From Monocercomonoides exilis PA203 (lineage: Eukaryota > Protista > Preaxostyla): DNA of 64,000 nt. The notes beneath the pieces are model-generated. The model saw nothing but the letters and a program-made list of their open reading frames with translations. It was not told the origin of the DNA and did no database searches. Position numbers and translations under genes: made by a program. The stretch is from positions 496,001 to 560,000 of the forward strand of contig LSRY02000028.1 in assembly GCA_001643675.2 (NCBI GenBank), written 5' to 3'. Of the stretch, positions 1-13,900 are shown in pieces. Every line of letters begins with the position of its first letter. The stretch's first letter is position 1.

Positions 1-1270
1 AGCTGCGAATGTGTGTGCGGTGTGGCGGAGAGACGGAAGAGAGGTGCCAGACGATGTGGTGAAGATGGCGATGAAGAACAGGCAGTTTGGGAAGAAGTGG
101 AAGGGGAAGACGCCAAAAGGGGCAGGAGGCATTGGAGGCCGGGGAATAGGATGGACGGATGCAAACGAGAGTGGGGAGAAGGCAGATGGAGGAGCGAATA
201 AAACAGAGAAGACTGGCACCGAAAGCGAAGGTGCTAAAAAACAGAAAGCCACTTCGACGGAACAGAAAGAAAAAGGATCGGCCGAGAAGCCGAAGCAAAG
301 GCGATTTGACAAGATGACATTTGTGAAGTCGAATGTTCAGTCGAATGTTGCTTCGTGGATATCAAATGGTTCTGCATTGAACCACCCAATGTACATGATG
401 GATTCAATTCCGGCATCTGCTCCTACTCAACCTAAGGTTATAGAGCAAGAATTGAATAAAGCATTACCAGTGCCAAATAAAGGAGGTCCATCTTCTTCAA
501 ACATCTTCACTTCATCCACTCAACCTGCAGAAAAAGGTGATAACAAGCAAAATCCCTTAAATTCATCGAACATTTTATCCACTTCATCTTCATTTTTATC
601 TGAACAGCATGAGCCATCTTCTTCTACTAATTCAGTATTAACTACACCTCATCCACAACAATCATTCACAATTCCTTCCTTTTCACCTCAAGAACTTTCA
701 TACTCTTCACATTTTTCTTCCTCTTCCTCTTCAAATTCCACAACACCATCATCATCAGTCTCCTCTTCTTTCTCTTACTCCTCCTCTTCCTGCTCGCCTT
801 CTTCTTCATCTTCTTCATTTAGTTCATTTGAGCTTCCTCCTCCGCCCTCGACTGAGGAGGAGTCCAGCCACACGCTCTCTGACTCAGCAGACTGGACTCT
901 TTCTCTCCTCTACCCATCCTTTGTGTCTTCTCTCCATTGCCCGCCTTCAGAGTCCGCTGAGCAGAATGCCCTGTTTTCAATGGAAGACAATCTCTATCGC
1001 AGAGTTCCCCCTCCTCCCAGCCTGCTCGAGTCTGATGCAAAGACCAACGCCATCATCATGTCTCTTCGCTCGCTCCCTGCACAGCCTCGCTCTGGTTCTG
1101 CCTCTGCTTCTTCACCTTCTCCTTCTGCTTTTATTGTGTCAAAGACAAATAGTGCAGCTTCTGCTCCGTTGCCTCTTCCGCAGATGCCTCAGAGTCTGCA
1201 GTCGAGTCTGGAGCAGATCAAGGCATCGCTGGAAGAGAAATCCACGAAGTCAAGATGGGACGTGAAGTAG
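1..1270 (+). CDS. 3' end of a probable DEAD-box RNA helicase (DDX42/SF3b125-like) with a long Ser-rich tail; 5' part lies outside the window
   Basis: Open frame from the window edge to TAG 1268-1270. 'GREVPDDVVKMAMKNRQFGKKWKGK..GGIGGRGIG' and the terminal 'KSRWD' resemble the post-helicase segment and C-terminus of DDX42. The helicase core is not visible. Confidence 0.5.
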   Translation, partial: AANVCAVWRRDGREVPDDVVKMAMKNRQFGKKWKGKTPKGAGGIGGRGIGWTDANESGEKADGGANKTEKTGTESEGAKKQKATSTEQKEKGSAEKPKQRRFDKMTFVKSNVQSNVASWISNGSALNHPMYMMDSIPASAPTQPKVIEQELNKALPVPNKGGPSSSNIFTSSTQPAEKGDNKQNPLNSSNILSTSSSFLSEQHEPSSSTNSVLTTPHPQQSFTIPSFSPQELSYSSHFSSSSSSNSTTPSSSVSSSFSYSSSSCSPSSSSSSFSSFELPPPPSTEEESSHTLSDSADWTLSLLYPSFVSSLHCPPSESAEQNALFSMEDNLYRRVPPPPSLLESDAKTNAIIMSLRSLPAQPRSGSASASSPSPSAFIVSKTNSAASAPLPLPQMPQSLQSSLEQIKASLEEKSTKSRWDVK

Positions 1271-1753
1271 CCATTTCACATCAGAATTACATCACTTCAT
1301 TTCATTTCACTTCATTTTGTTCCTTTTATGCTCTCATGTTTAATTGTTTTAAATCGAAGAAAGGCTTTTAAAAAATCGAAACAAGAACAAGAGTGTAAAA
1401 AAAATACACATCGAATGTCGCCAATATTTCAGAAAAAAAAGGTGGATAAAAATTGGCAAATGAATTGAAGACAGAATTTGTTGAGTGACACCACAAATTA
1501 ATGTTGTAAATTCCAAAAAAATGCTCTTTTTTAATTTTTTTTTGCAAAACTACTGAAGAAAAATTAAAGAGTGAAGAAAAATGAAAAGTTAAAAAACGCC
1601 AAAATGCATTCAAGGAAAAAAAATCCCAGATTACCCAAATCGAAATGAAGATATCAACAATTAATTAATGAAAGTTAAACATTTCTGATAAAAAAAATTA
1701 GATTTCGCATTTTGTAAAGTTGCAAGAAATTCACAAAAATGTAAACTTCTGCC

Positions 1754-3681
1754 TTACACTTTGTCCATTGCAATGTCGCATCTGAATGCATTTGGAGGGA
1801 TGTTCGAATAGCTTGAGGTCATCGACAAGGACTTCACATCCACACGTGCCCCGGGTCCGCTTCCAACAGCCTGCAGCAGAAAGCACAATTGTGAATTGGA
1901 TTACATAGATGAACAGAATTCAGGTTTCGATTCATCGTTTGAGGTGTTATGATAACGACAAATGAATAAATGAATAAAAGAGAACATCAGAATAAAAATC
2001 AAATAGTAAAGAAAAATATTGATAAAATGCTGCAAACGTATAATTTGATCACTTTTGGTATTACAGATATTTTGATTGGGATAAGCATGTTATTTCGGAA
2101 GAAGCACGCTGTTCTGTTTATCATGTTAAGCTCAATGCGTATAACATCGCCTGTCATAAATGGATCTACTCGCTCTTCTCTTCCACGTATTTGCAGAATA
2201 CCACTGAGAGGCACAGACACATTCAGTCACGTTCAATCGAATTCAGACGCATACACATTATATGCACGGAATGTGATATAAAGTGCATCAACAAATAGAC
2301 AAACAAAACAAAGAAAAAATAAAAAAAACACTTTGTCACAAAAGCGTACTTTGAAAAAAAATGAAACACACTTGCTTCTGTATTCAACAAATATTTTCTG
2401 ACCTTTTTCGGCTGCACATCCAGTTCCCATCACATCCATTACGAAGCCCAAACCAATAGCAGCTCCTGGTTTTGCATTCGTTTCACCGTTTTCAGACGAA
2501 CATTCAAAGAAAATAGCAATAAGAAGAAATATAAACCATAAACACGTCAATAAAAGGAAAACTGCAAAATAATACAAACCTGTTTGAGGTAGCATTGCTT
2601 TCCATTCAACAATTACAACATTCTCCAAGCAGATGTAATCCAGCAGAACTGTTGACTCTCTTAAGGTGTGGAAGAAAGCAGTCATATCGTTTATAAATAT
2701 GTCAGATGGAGACGAAAACGGAGATTCCAGCCGTGAGTCCTTCAAAAGGTTAATTGCCCCACTCAAATTTGGTTCACACGAATAGGGTGTTAAACCTGAA
2801 GTTGCTGGTGGCATTCCCATGGGATACGAAGGCACCATTGATGATGAAGGCCCACCATACATTCCACCCATCGACCCTGGATATGCTGACGCTACATGAC
2901 CTCCAGCCACTGGCGGAGCACCAATAATATATCCTGTCTGTCCTGGAGGTGTCTGTTGAGTCTTCATATAATCTTCCAGAAATTTCCTCATCTGGTTAAA
3001 CGAATCTGCAAGCATCTTTTGAGTGTTTTGAATTTGCTGTATTTCTTCCTTTAGTCCAGTGATTTGTGCAACAGCAAAATCTCTTAGCTCATTGCACCTC
3101 CGAGCTGTACTCTATCATTATGTCAAATTTTAATATTCATGCAAAAAACGAAAAATAATTATTAAAGAAAAATAAACAATGAAGAAATAAAAGCATGCAT
3201 CTTGATTCTCATATTTTGCCTTTTCTAACATTGCTGTAACTTCTTGCCGTGTGAAAGTTTGTTCAATTTGAGGAGGCTGTATAACTTGATGAACAGATGG
3301 CTGCAAAGTCGAAGAATAAGATGATGGAGAAAGTGTTATCGATGGAGTAAATGTCATAGGTTGAGACGCCGAAGACATTGCAGGGGTTGTGGATATAGCT
3401 GCGGGGACAGGAGGAAGTACTGGTTTTGGAGGCTCCAGTTCCGACGCATGCTGCGGGTACCAATGAGCCTCAAAATACTCGATCACGCGCGTAGCAAAAT
3501 CTGATGCATATTCAGGAGTGGTATTTAAAGCTATCTGAACATCCTGTTTCAGCAGTTCACTTTGCTTTGTCTTAACGTATTTCTGGTAAAATGCAGCTGG
3601 CGTATCAGCCAGCTGCGCTAATCTTTGCAAATTATCATCGCCCACAAATTTTAAATCCAAAGCTGTTCCGGTCCACCACAT
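1754..3681 (-). CDS. Multi-exon protein with Pro/Ser-rich middle and C-terminal SPRY/B30.2-like domain
   Basis: ATG at 3681. ORF pieces 3130-3696, 2233-3015 and 1999-2220 can be joined by introns. 'GDVIRIELNMINRTACFFRNN' is SPRY-like. Stop TAA at 1754-1756. Confidence 0.6.
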
Positions 3682-4108
3682 GAAAATTTTTAACAACGAT
3701 GAATGATCAAAAAATAATGAAATGGGACAGTTTTGCTAATTACTCTCAGCTTCAAAATATTATTCCTTTTTATTTTTATACAAACTTTATTCTATAATTT
3801 CGTGAAAAACAGATGTTGCCCATAATGAATTGATAATAGGAGAAATTTTTGGAAAGTTTATTTCGCATATACAAAGTGTTCGGCTTTTTAACTTTGATAT
3901 ATGCAAGTTACAGAAAAAAAAGAATTGGAAAAGAAAGGGGAGATATACCATAAAAACGGAATATTTTTCCATTTTGACGAAAATTGTTTGCAATTGCTTT
4001 TATTGCTTTTTGAGAAACAAATATATTTTTGAAAATATTTCGCTTAATTTCGTTCTCGAACTTTTAGTGTTCCATTTGCTCGAGGATCATCATATTCTTT
4101 GTTTCACA

Positions 4109-4887
4109 ATGGGAATATCGTCTGAACTGAAATGTAAGAATAGCAAATGCATTGCTTTCTGTTTGTCATTTGAATCGTGTTATTGCGCAGAGAAATTCGG
4201 TTTGATGCGCTTTTTTATTTGTGAGTTAATTGACTTTGATTGATGATTCATGCCTTTTCCTTCAAAAGGAATTGTTAAAGTGACAAATCTTGAACAAAGA
4301 GTTTCCCAGGAACTTGATTGGGGAGAATGTTTCAAAGGCAATCGTTACAGTGTGATGAAAATTGTTATAACATTGATTGGATCAATTTGTTTGCTTGTAC
4401 GCCTAACTTTTAAGAATTATTGAGATGTGCGGTGTACATGGAATTGTTTGAAATAGGATTCTGGATCACAAGCGGGCTCAAATATGGAACGGACTATGTT
4501 GCATACTCTACACACCCTAATCTTTCACATTCGATGTATGCCATCAAATTGATTGATGAAAAAGATTTTGGTTCAATGGATGAAAAACATAATTGTTCAT
4601 TCACTTCTACACTTCTTTCATTGATTGCCACAAGCAGAGTCTGCTTATCTGTGAAAAAATTATGCGTTTTAGCAACTTTCTCACGAATGGTTGCAGCTAC
4701 GCTATTAAACCTCCCCAAAGAGGATCTTGGTGGACTTGTAGCAACACCATTCAGATTTGTGACTGAAGTAAAAAATGAAGCAATTGCAAGCTGCGCAGAT
4801 TCTTCATCTTGCCCTGATTTTGCTTCTTTATCAAAAAGTCTTCCAGAAGTTTACTACATCTTGCTTTCGCTTCCTCGTGGAACATAG
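4109..4887 (+). CDS. tRNA-splicing endonuclease catalytic subunit (Sen2/Sen34 family), 3 exons
   Basis: 'GFWITSGLKYGTDYVAYSTHPNLSHS' carries the catalytic Tyr/His motif; 'SRVCLSVKK' carries the catalytic Lys. Two GT-AG introns (~4200-4268, 4350-4414) restore the frame from ATG 4109. Confidence 0.8.
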
Positions 4888-5141
4888 CGCTTTTGTTTGT
4901 AACTTCTCTTTATCGTTGAGATTAATGAATGGAAGAAACAAATTAGTTGGACAAAATGGGACGTATCTTCGAATGCAAAGGAACAAAAATCAAGAATTAA
5001 TTTTGGTGAAAGACATTGACAAAATATGTGTCTTTCATTCAAATGAATTGGAAGTGAAATGTGCAGAAGGAAAAAAAAGAATTAAAAAATAGAAAGAAAA
5101 GTTTTGTAAGGTAAATACTTAATTTGCCGCAGCGTTTCGGT

Positions 5142-7025
5142 TTAGTATGCTCTTGCCACATAGACCCAGCACTTAGCTGGCTTTCCAGAAGCAACGCATT
5201 TTGTCCCTTCAGGCGGGGGAGCATCGGCAATGCTGTATCCTCTCACCTCCAGTCCTGTCTCTTCCCTGATGCGCTTGTCCCCAGCACAAGCATCAGGATC
5301 GTGCAGATCCATAAATGGAACACGGAACACACAAGGCTTGGACAGATCGTCCTTTTGAAAGGCAGCCTTCAAGGTATCCAACGAGAACTCTCCTTTTGCG
5401 AAATCAACTGAAGGGAACTTCTCCAGATGGCGGTCGTGCCACTCCACAGCTTTTGCGAACAGCTGATGATGGAAAGCGACAAACTTTGCCTTGATTGTGT
5501 TCACAAGCTCGTCCACTTTGACAGACACTTTTTGCTCTTTTGTCTCATTTCGCAAGACGCACATCACACTCGACTCTGTCATGTCCCTTGGACCGATCTC
5601 CAAACGGCATGGGACACCTTTCATTTCCCAATAGAAGAATCTGTTAAAATATTGTTAAGACAAAGAAGGCAGCAAACACAAATAAAATAGAGGGAAAAAA
5701 GATATGAAAATGAAATGTGTTTTTTATAGCAAAGGGAAAAAAATTGAAGCAAACTTTGGTCCAGGCTTTCCGGGGCCATCATCAATTTTTGTTCTGAACG
5801 ACCCTTCTTCACGAAGCACTTTGTCCACCTTGTTCACAAATTCCATGAGAGGTGCGTCCACCTCTTCCTTTCCCTTCAAGATGGGAACAAGCACAATTTG
5901 TGTTGGCGCAAGCTGTGGAGGAAGAACCAATCCGTGTTCATCTCCGTGGGTGATGATAACACTTGCCAACCCTCGAGTTGAGATACCAGCACAATTCATG
6001 TATGCATATGCCATTCCGTCAGGAAGTGTTTGTGCACTCGACGCTGCTGGTGCGGGTTCAGCGGATGTTGAAGAAGAAGAAGACGTTGATGACGATGACA
6101 CTTCTTCTGATTTCTCCTCATTTGCTTGTCCAGCTTCTGCTTTCTGTTCTCCTTCTTTCGGTTCTCCTTTTTGTTCTCCTTCTTTTCCTTTTTGTTTTTT
6201 CTCTTTTTTCTGTTTTTCCTTTTTTGGTGGCTTTGAGGACGAAGCCTTTGCAGCGCTTTCTGATTCCTTTGTGGAGAAAGTCACACCATAAATCTTTGAG
6301 AAACCTTGACCAAGGAAATGGAACGATGCAGCTTGCAGGACTCTTCCGGTTGGTGTGATCACATCAATCACATCTGTGTACTCTGCACCAGGGAATGTAT
6401 CCCACGGAGGTCTGCGGATATGCAGCCCTGGAACTCCCATGATTTCTTCGAACACACGGCGATATGAGGCGGAATACTGCCTGCATTGAGCTTCACATTC
6501 CTCGGCTGTTGCAAAGCAGCAATGAGCTTCATTCCAGTAAATTTCTCTTGCTCGGATCAACGGGAGTGTGTCCTTTGTCTCGCATCTGAACACTTGACAC
6601 GACTGATGGACTTTAATTGGCAAATCGCGATACGACTGAACCCAGTTGGCAAATGTGGAATACATAATTGTTTCAGAGGTTGGCCGGAGCGCCAAGCGAG
6701 GCACCAAATCTGATGATCCTCCCTTTGTCACCCAGAACACTTCAGGAGCAAACCCAGCCAAATGATCAGTTTCTCTTGCTAACAACGTCTCTGGAATCAA
6801 GGTTGGGAACTGTGCATAAGATATTCCTTGCTGTGTCCATTCTTTTTCAACAGCTTGCATGAGTGCTGTATGCATAAAGCAGCCATATGGTGGCATGACA
6901 GTGATTCCTTTCATTGTTGTTCGCTTGTCAATGATGTCTGCCAGCTGGAGAATCTCTTCGTACCATTCTGGAAAGTTATTGTATTTGTCAATGTGAAAAG
7001 TTAGATCTGCGCGCTTTGCTGCCAT
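5142..7025 (-). CDS. proS: Prolyl-tRNA synthetase (archaeal/eukaryote-type), 2 exons
   Basis: Motifs 'LALRPTSET', 'FRCETKDTLPLIRAREIYWNEAH', 'HGDEHGLVLPP', 'KGVPCRLEIGPRD' and C-terminal 'ARAY'. One GT-AG intron ~5642-5752. Confidence 0.95.
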
Positions 7026-7375
7026 ACTCCTTTGAAAAATACGAAAAGAAGGAGAAAAAATCGTGAAATGGGAGGTATTTGAATAATAATGGGATAATAT
7101 ATGATCTTTGAAATTGTTTCAAAAAATGTTATCATTTTGACAATAAAAATATTGAATGGACAAATGCATTTTCTATTTTTTGCCATAAATTAAACAGGAT
7201 TAGACAGTAATTGTTGAACGGATTATAAAAAAAAAAAAAAAAAAAAAAATTATATTCTTCCAATATTGAAGGATGCACTCTTGCAAGGGTCAAAGACATT
7301 GCTACTGATACTGATTTTCATAAATCAGTGAAATTCTTTGTTTCTATAGCTGTATCAAACAGGCAATTTGGATGT

Positions 7376-8863
7376 TCAAGATGGCAGAGGATCAAAATCA
7401 AATTCAATGGAATCATTATCAAAAAGCAACGAAACAGCAGGAAACCAGAAGAGATTTGATTGAGCGCATATAGTCGAAGAAAGAGAAGACGAAGAAGAAT
7501 TAGAAGTTGTTGAAGAAGTGGTAGAAAAAGCAATATCTTTTGTTCTATGATGTGGTTGAGGAGATGAAAAATCATCAGTTTCAGTGAATGAAGATGGATT
7601 AAAGAATTGCTCAGATATTTGCTCTTTTGTGTGTTGTGAAGCATTAAAATTAAGATTGACCGATAGAACATGAACACGATTAATGGAGAAAGAAATGATG
7701 TTCTGAAGAAGATTCAAAGTAATTGTGATGACATCCCCTTCTTCAAACCCTCCACAAACAGGCACAGACTAAAAGAAATGCAAATATTAAGAAGAAGAAG
7801 AAAATAAAAAAAACTTTGCAAATAACAGGAAGATTATCAATTGATACCTTTTCTCCGATGTAGAGACGTCCGCTTTGATTTAGCGCGATGCTGTGGGGCT
7901 GCGATGCTAGCCATACACGTGGGTTAAACGAAGAAAAAGCAGGATCAGATAACTTCTGTTGAAAAGATGCTGGAGCTGTTTCCTTGTATCGATTGAAACG
8001 TTCAAGCGGAGAAATGGTTGGGAGAGAGGAAAGATGAGTTTCAAGAGCTTCGTCAAGAGAAAAAGCGCAGACACCAATCAGAACGTCAGTTGAATGCATT
8101 GAACGTACTTCAACCTTGAACACAACAAAAACAACGATAAATAAATGCGAATATTTTAAAAAAGAAAAATAGAGCAATTTCACAAATAAAATTTTATACC
8201 TCCCATGTTCGGCACTCATTCCAGTACGGTCTAATACACAAAAAACAAAGATTATCTCTTGGGATAGCTTTTTGTTCTGATGAGGACGAAGAAGCAGATT
8301 GAGTGTTTCCTTCCATAAGCGGGGAATGAAGAGATACTCTGTGAAAAAAGTTTGAAAAAGATATATTTCCATGAGTTGTGGTATCCGGCCAAATGTAATC
8401 TATCCGCATAAGTTAAAAAAATTGTTTTAGAAGAAAAATTTAAAATGCGCGTTTATATTTGTTAACAATCAAATAAATCCTAATACTTTGCATCTTTCGA
8501 GCGAATAAAAGCCATGACTGATGACATTTTCGAAAAAAGACACTTGGATAAACAAATTGATCAAAATATTCCTTTTTCGTATGGAGCCCAGAAGAATTTG
8601 GAGTTGTATGTGTGACAAGGGTTTTAATAAAGTCATCTGACCAACAATCAAAATGGCGCATATTTACAAGCTTCCAAAATCCTTCTGAACGAAGAATACG
8701 AGAAAAACGACGACATGTCAAGAAAAGTGCACGCAAATCATCAAAGGTTCTAAATTTATATTTTTGAAATATTAATATAATAGCATGTTGTTTAAGAAAC
8801 AAACAAGAAAGAAAAAACCAATGCAACAATTTCATTTGGAAGAATTTGAAAGTTTTGTTCCAT
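7376..8863 (-). CDS. F-box + SPRY domain protein (FBXO45/Fsn-like architecture), 5 exons
   Basis: N-terminal F-box 'LPNEIVALVFSFL|TFDDLRALFLTCRRFSRIL..FW'. C-terminal SPRY 'GFEEGDVITITLNL..ISFSIN..WFPAVSL'. Four GT-AG introns. Confidence 0.75.
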
Positions 8864-8964
8864 TTATTGCTAAAACTTTATTAAGGAATATTCTTGAATA
8901 TTCAATTCACTTCTTTTGAATATCTTTAAAACAGTTTTATAAAAACAATATTTCTTTACAGAAA

Positions 8965-10622
8965 ATGTCTGAACTCGTTCCCATTAAAATGACTCAACGG
9001 TTTGGTTCAATCGATTACAACGTTGTTAATACACTTGCAAAACCTCGAAAGCAAAAAAATGAATGTGAAATGTGCGGAAAAACAGGACTTCTGCAATGTC
9101 CTAATTGTAGAGTAACTTATTACTGGTTTGGAGCATTTTTCAAAATTTCTTAATTCGACAATTTTTATGAATATTTCAGCACTGGAGATCATGCGTTAAT
9201 TGATCAATTAGGAATTCATACAAGTATATGTCCGTTACTTAAACAAATTCGTACTCCTGTGGCGGTAATGGGTTCAGAACGTGATAGATTGAAAAGAGAG
9301 CATCAAAAGCACAAAATCATGGTACATTTCAGTTTTTTTCGTGAATTTTTAATACATTATCATGCTCGTAGTTAACTGTTATCGAAACGAGCAAACGCGA
9401 AGCAATGAAGCATTTGGTGGCAAATGAGTTTCAATTAGCTATGGCAGGAGCTCTTCAAGCCCAACGACATTCAATTGAATTATTCGGAGCAGACAGAACG
9501 GAGCTTGTACCAGCTTATCTTCTTCTTGCTGAAGCTAGCATGGGATTGGAATCATACGCACAAGCAGAAGGATATCTTGCAAAAGCACGATACAACGTAT
9601 TGGAGCATCCAGATTGCTCTAACACACTTCGCTCACGTTTACATCGTGCATGGGGACGTTTAATGCTTGTAACAGGAAGAGTTGATGAAGCGCGACAAGA
9701 GCTTGCAGAAGATGTATTCTTTTCTTATTTGTTTCTGTTTCACACAAATTAAATTTACTCATTATTGTTTTTAATCTTGAATATATTACTTATTATTTCA
9801 AACGCGATCCTTTTAAATACTGTAACACGTTAAGATTTATTATTCAAGCGTTGATTGCAATCCAGATCATATCGAAACTACACCTGGATATTTCCATTTG
9901 GCAAACACATTTATTGCTACAAAGCAAACTGAAATAGCTTCACGCATATATGATAAAGTTGTGACAATTTGGCAGAAGTTTTTGAGCGAATCACTTCGAC
10001 GGATTTTGGAGGCATCCCCAACAGCTGCTGGCTCGTCTTCAGACGCCTTAAAAAAGAGAAAGGAAGGACAAAAGAAGAAGAAGAAGAAGGAACCAGAAGC
10101 AAAAGGAAAGAAACAAGGCGAAGCAGCAGAAGGAGAAGAAGAGGCAAAAGAGGAAGAGGAAGAGGAAGAAGATGATATGGATTATGAAGAGCTTCTTGGT
10201 TTGCTACCTTTAGTTTATTTAATGCACTTATTATCTCCTTTTATGAAACAATTTAACGTTCATTTTCCATATATATAAATATATATATATGATATGTCAT
10301 GTCTAACAAAATTAACGAAATTATGCAATTTATGCAATTTGTTCAATTCATTCGATATTGCCAATATGCAGAGGATACTCAAGTTTCTGAGACTTTAGGC
10401 ACAATGACACGAATCGCTCAATTTCGCGAAGAAACAAGCGGGTCTTCTTCGGCCGCTGCAGCCCAAACGCGAAGAGTGATGGGATTGCTTTATTTGTATG
10501 GTGGGAATGGGGAAGAAGCAGCAAAAGAGCTGGAGAAAGCATTTAACATTTACAGAGATTTATATGGAGAGGAATGCCCAGAGTGCATATCCATCAGAGA
10601 AGAAATGGACAGCTATCTTTGA
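8965..10622 (+). CDS. ZMYND12: MYND zinc finger / TPR flagellar protein ZMYND12-like, 5 exons
   Basis: 'CEMCGKTGLLQCPNCRVTYYC..H' MYND finger, followed by 'ELVPAYLLLAEASMGL' and TPR-like helices. Four GT-AG introns. Confidence 0.85.
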
Positions 10623-10936
10623 AGAGCTAAGCAAATGTTTTATGAAAATCAGAAATATTTAGTACATTGTCTTTTCACATACATTTCAAATTCTTATTTT
10701 GTTGGAAATTATGTAAATTTTCTGTTGCAAATACTTTTTTTAATTCATTTGAATTCATTTCATTTTCACGCTTTGAATGGGACAAATAGAAAATAATAAC
10801 GAAATAATTAGACTATTTTTTTTAAAAATTACCATTCAATGTGGTATTAAATCCAGTTCAATTTATTGAAGCAAAAGTGCTATGTATTATGGGTGTGTTT
10901 GAACTCCTTATTTCTTTTTGGGATTACTGCTTAGAA

Positions 10937-13900
10937 ATGACTCAAATGCTTTTGAATCTCAACAGGGTGGATTTTCTTCAGGTGGGTGCAGCCTCATACA
11001 ATTGCCTGAAGGTTCTTCCCCTTGGGCCAAAGGATAGTCATCAAACGATAGTTGTGGGAGATAAAAATGGAGATGTAACATGCTTAACGGTTAAAAAGAA
11101 AGTAACTAATGTTTGAAAATTTAACTTGACAATAATTTAGGCTTTTTGCTGAAATATTTGTTTTATTCAATTTTTATCAAAATTTTTTCAATTCATCATT
11201 TCACAGATTTTGTGGAAGCAAACGCTTCCTGGAAAGGATGAAGTCACAGCTGTAAACATAGGACAAAGTAATACTGACCAGTCTCAGAAAGTTTATGTTG
11301 CGGCTGGCAACAAAGTTTATGGACTTTCAAAAACTGTCTGTTTCTTTATTTCTACCGATTTTCAAATAAAACAATATATTCCTTTTTTTATATATTGCAA
11401 CAGAAAGGAAAAATTTTCAAAGAAGTTGAATTAGCCTTTGCAGATCCAGTGACTGAACTGATTGTTGAAGATGCAGAAATGCACACTGTGCAAGATAATG
11501 TTCATGATGTGTATGTTGAAGACCAAGAAAAATATTTTATGATGGCCGACGGTATGGATAAGTGTTATCTTCATTTTTAATGTTTAAAATCAATTTGCAA
11601 TATTATTGTAAAAAAAAAAAATATTATCATGATAATTACCCTGTTTAGAAACAATTTGCGGACTTCAACTAGTGCAAGCTGGTCGCTCGAATTCTCAGCC
11701 TGTCGCTGTGATGGGGTGCCACGACAAAACCATCAAAGTTGTGTTTGAAGGAGCAATAAAGCATGAATGGTCAGTTGGAGGAACGGTGACTGCACTTATT
11801 CAGTTTGGCGAAAAATAATTTTTGAATGTTATTAATATTTTTTAAAATTTCATCTTTTATATGCATTTTTAAAAACATAATTTGAACTGTTCCCTCAATT
11901 AAGATATCGGCGTGAATCAGGTGCCATTGTGAAAGAGAAAGAAGAAACCCTCGAAAAGTATGTTATATTGTAAAGCATTCTATGACAATCAGAAAAATAT
12001 TTAATAATTATTTCAAAACATCTATTTTATCATTGATTTTAGGCCTATTATTTACGGTACATTGGAAGGAGTGCTTGGATTGGCAATGGTTGGAAGCTCC
12101 ACACATCGTATTGGATGGGAAATTGAGGTTGGCTGCTTATTATCATGACACTTCAAACATATCACATGATGAGCAAAAGCATAGTTAATATTTCATTCCT
12201 TTGATTTTTTATTTATCTTGTTGAATAAAAGCTAACATGTTTATAACCTTTTCCGTTACATTTTTTTTTTTTGTTTTCTATAATTTTTATATTTTATGCA
12301 TATAATTTCTTCACTCAACCATGTTTTTTTTTTTTCAATTCTTTTTTTATACACAATTAATCTTCTATAGGGAGATGGGCAAGTGAACAGCATAGCCATA
12401 TACGATCTCCTCAGAAATTCGCTTCCAGTGATTATTGTGGGAAGGGACAACGGGTTTGCACATAATTGTTAATTATCAATTGCTTTTGCATTTTCCCATG
12501 ATATTTTATTTGTTTTTTGTTATTTTGTAATTCGAACATAGATTGCTCGAAATTTACGGGTTTGACAGCCCCGATTCATACACCATTGCACCTCCATCGT
12601 TGCTTTATTCATACACACTCCCCGAAGGTTTGTTGTTTTTTCATCTGTTTTCTTTTTCCTTAACACATTAAAATATATGAAACATCTTTTTTTCCCCTTT
12701 CTTTTCTTTTTCTTTCTTTTTTTTTTTTCCTCCAAAATTGAAAAATTGGAAACATAGCGATTTGTTCTGTGGGAGGAGGAATGCTCACTTCACTTGCATT
12801 CGACGAGGTTGTTGCCATTACATTTTCTGGGAAGATTGTCGGATTCACTACAGAGACATTCCAGGAAGACACCGTTTGCTTATATATTTATTGATTTTCT
12901 TATTTGCTGTTGTTTTTATTTTGTGGTTGTTTATTTGCTCAAATTTCAAAAAAAATTTTTCCCCATGAAATAATGTGATTCATTCACACATACACTTATG
13001 CTTGTTCATATGCACGCATTCATCCTAAAATCATCATTTTTCATTCTTTTCACTTTCTATCACACAAATATCCCCACAAACATCCCGAACAAACATGAAA
13101 ATACTCAATTCGTGTTCATCTTATTCTCTTCAGCTCAAAGTTGTTGTTGTGCCAACAGCACCCAGCAAACCGAAAGGGAAAGGAAATGCCGAAGATGACA
13201 AGAAATCGTCAATCACACCGTCGTTTATGCAGAACGATGCTCCTTCTTCCTCTTCCACGCCTTCCTCTTCGTCCTCTTCTCCTTCTTCTTCCATCATCAC
13301 TTCAATGTCTGGCTCTTCTCCTTCACCATCATCAAGTGTGACAATGAAAGCGGTTTGCTTGTTATTGTTATTATTGTGATTCCCCTGTTTTTTAATCATT
13401 GTATTGAAAATGATAATGTTTATTATTGTTTTTGTGATTGTCCCTTCACTTTCATGCACCTTCTTTGAAATTTATTCCTTCTCTTAATTAAAAATAAAAT
13501 AAAATAAAATAAAATAAAAATAAACAATCCATTTCATCCAAAACTGTCTGCCACACACAGGTCATTCCGGAGAACTCTGCGAAGAAGCTCGAGACGCTTG
13601 CGAAGGAGGTGATTGTTCTGAACCAGCGTCTGTCTGAGCTGAAGAAGACGTACGAGCAGATGGAGAAGGAGTCCATCCTCACCAACATGGAGGCGAAGCT
13701 GAAGTCGACGCTGACGCTGTGTCCCGACGAGCCAAGACACCACCTCGTTTTGGAGTCCTCCACGCCGCTGGAGTTTGTGGCTGTGTACTGCAACGTCTAT
13801 GCAGATGTCGAAGCGACGCCAAACACGAAGGCGAAGCTCAGCGTCAATCAGCTCCGGAAGATGGAGAAGAGCCAGATGTGGGTAGGGCTGAGCAGAAGCA

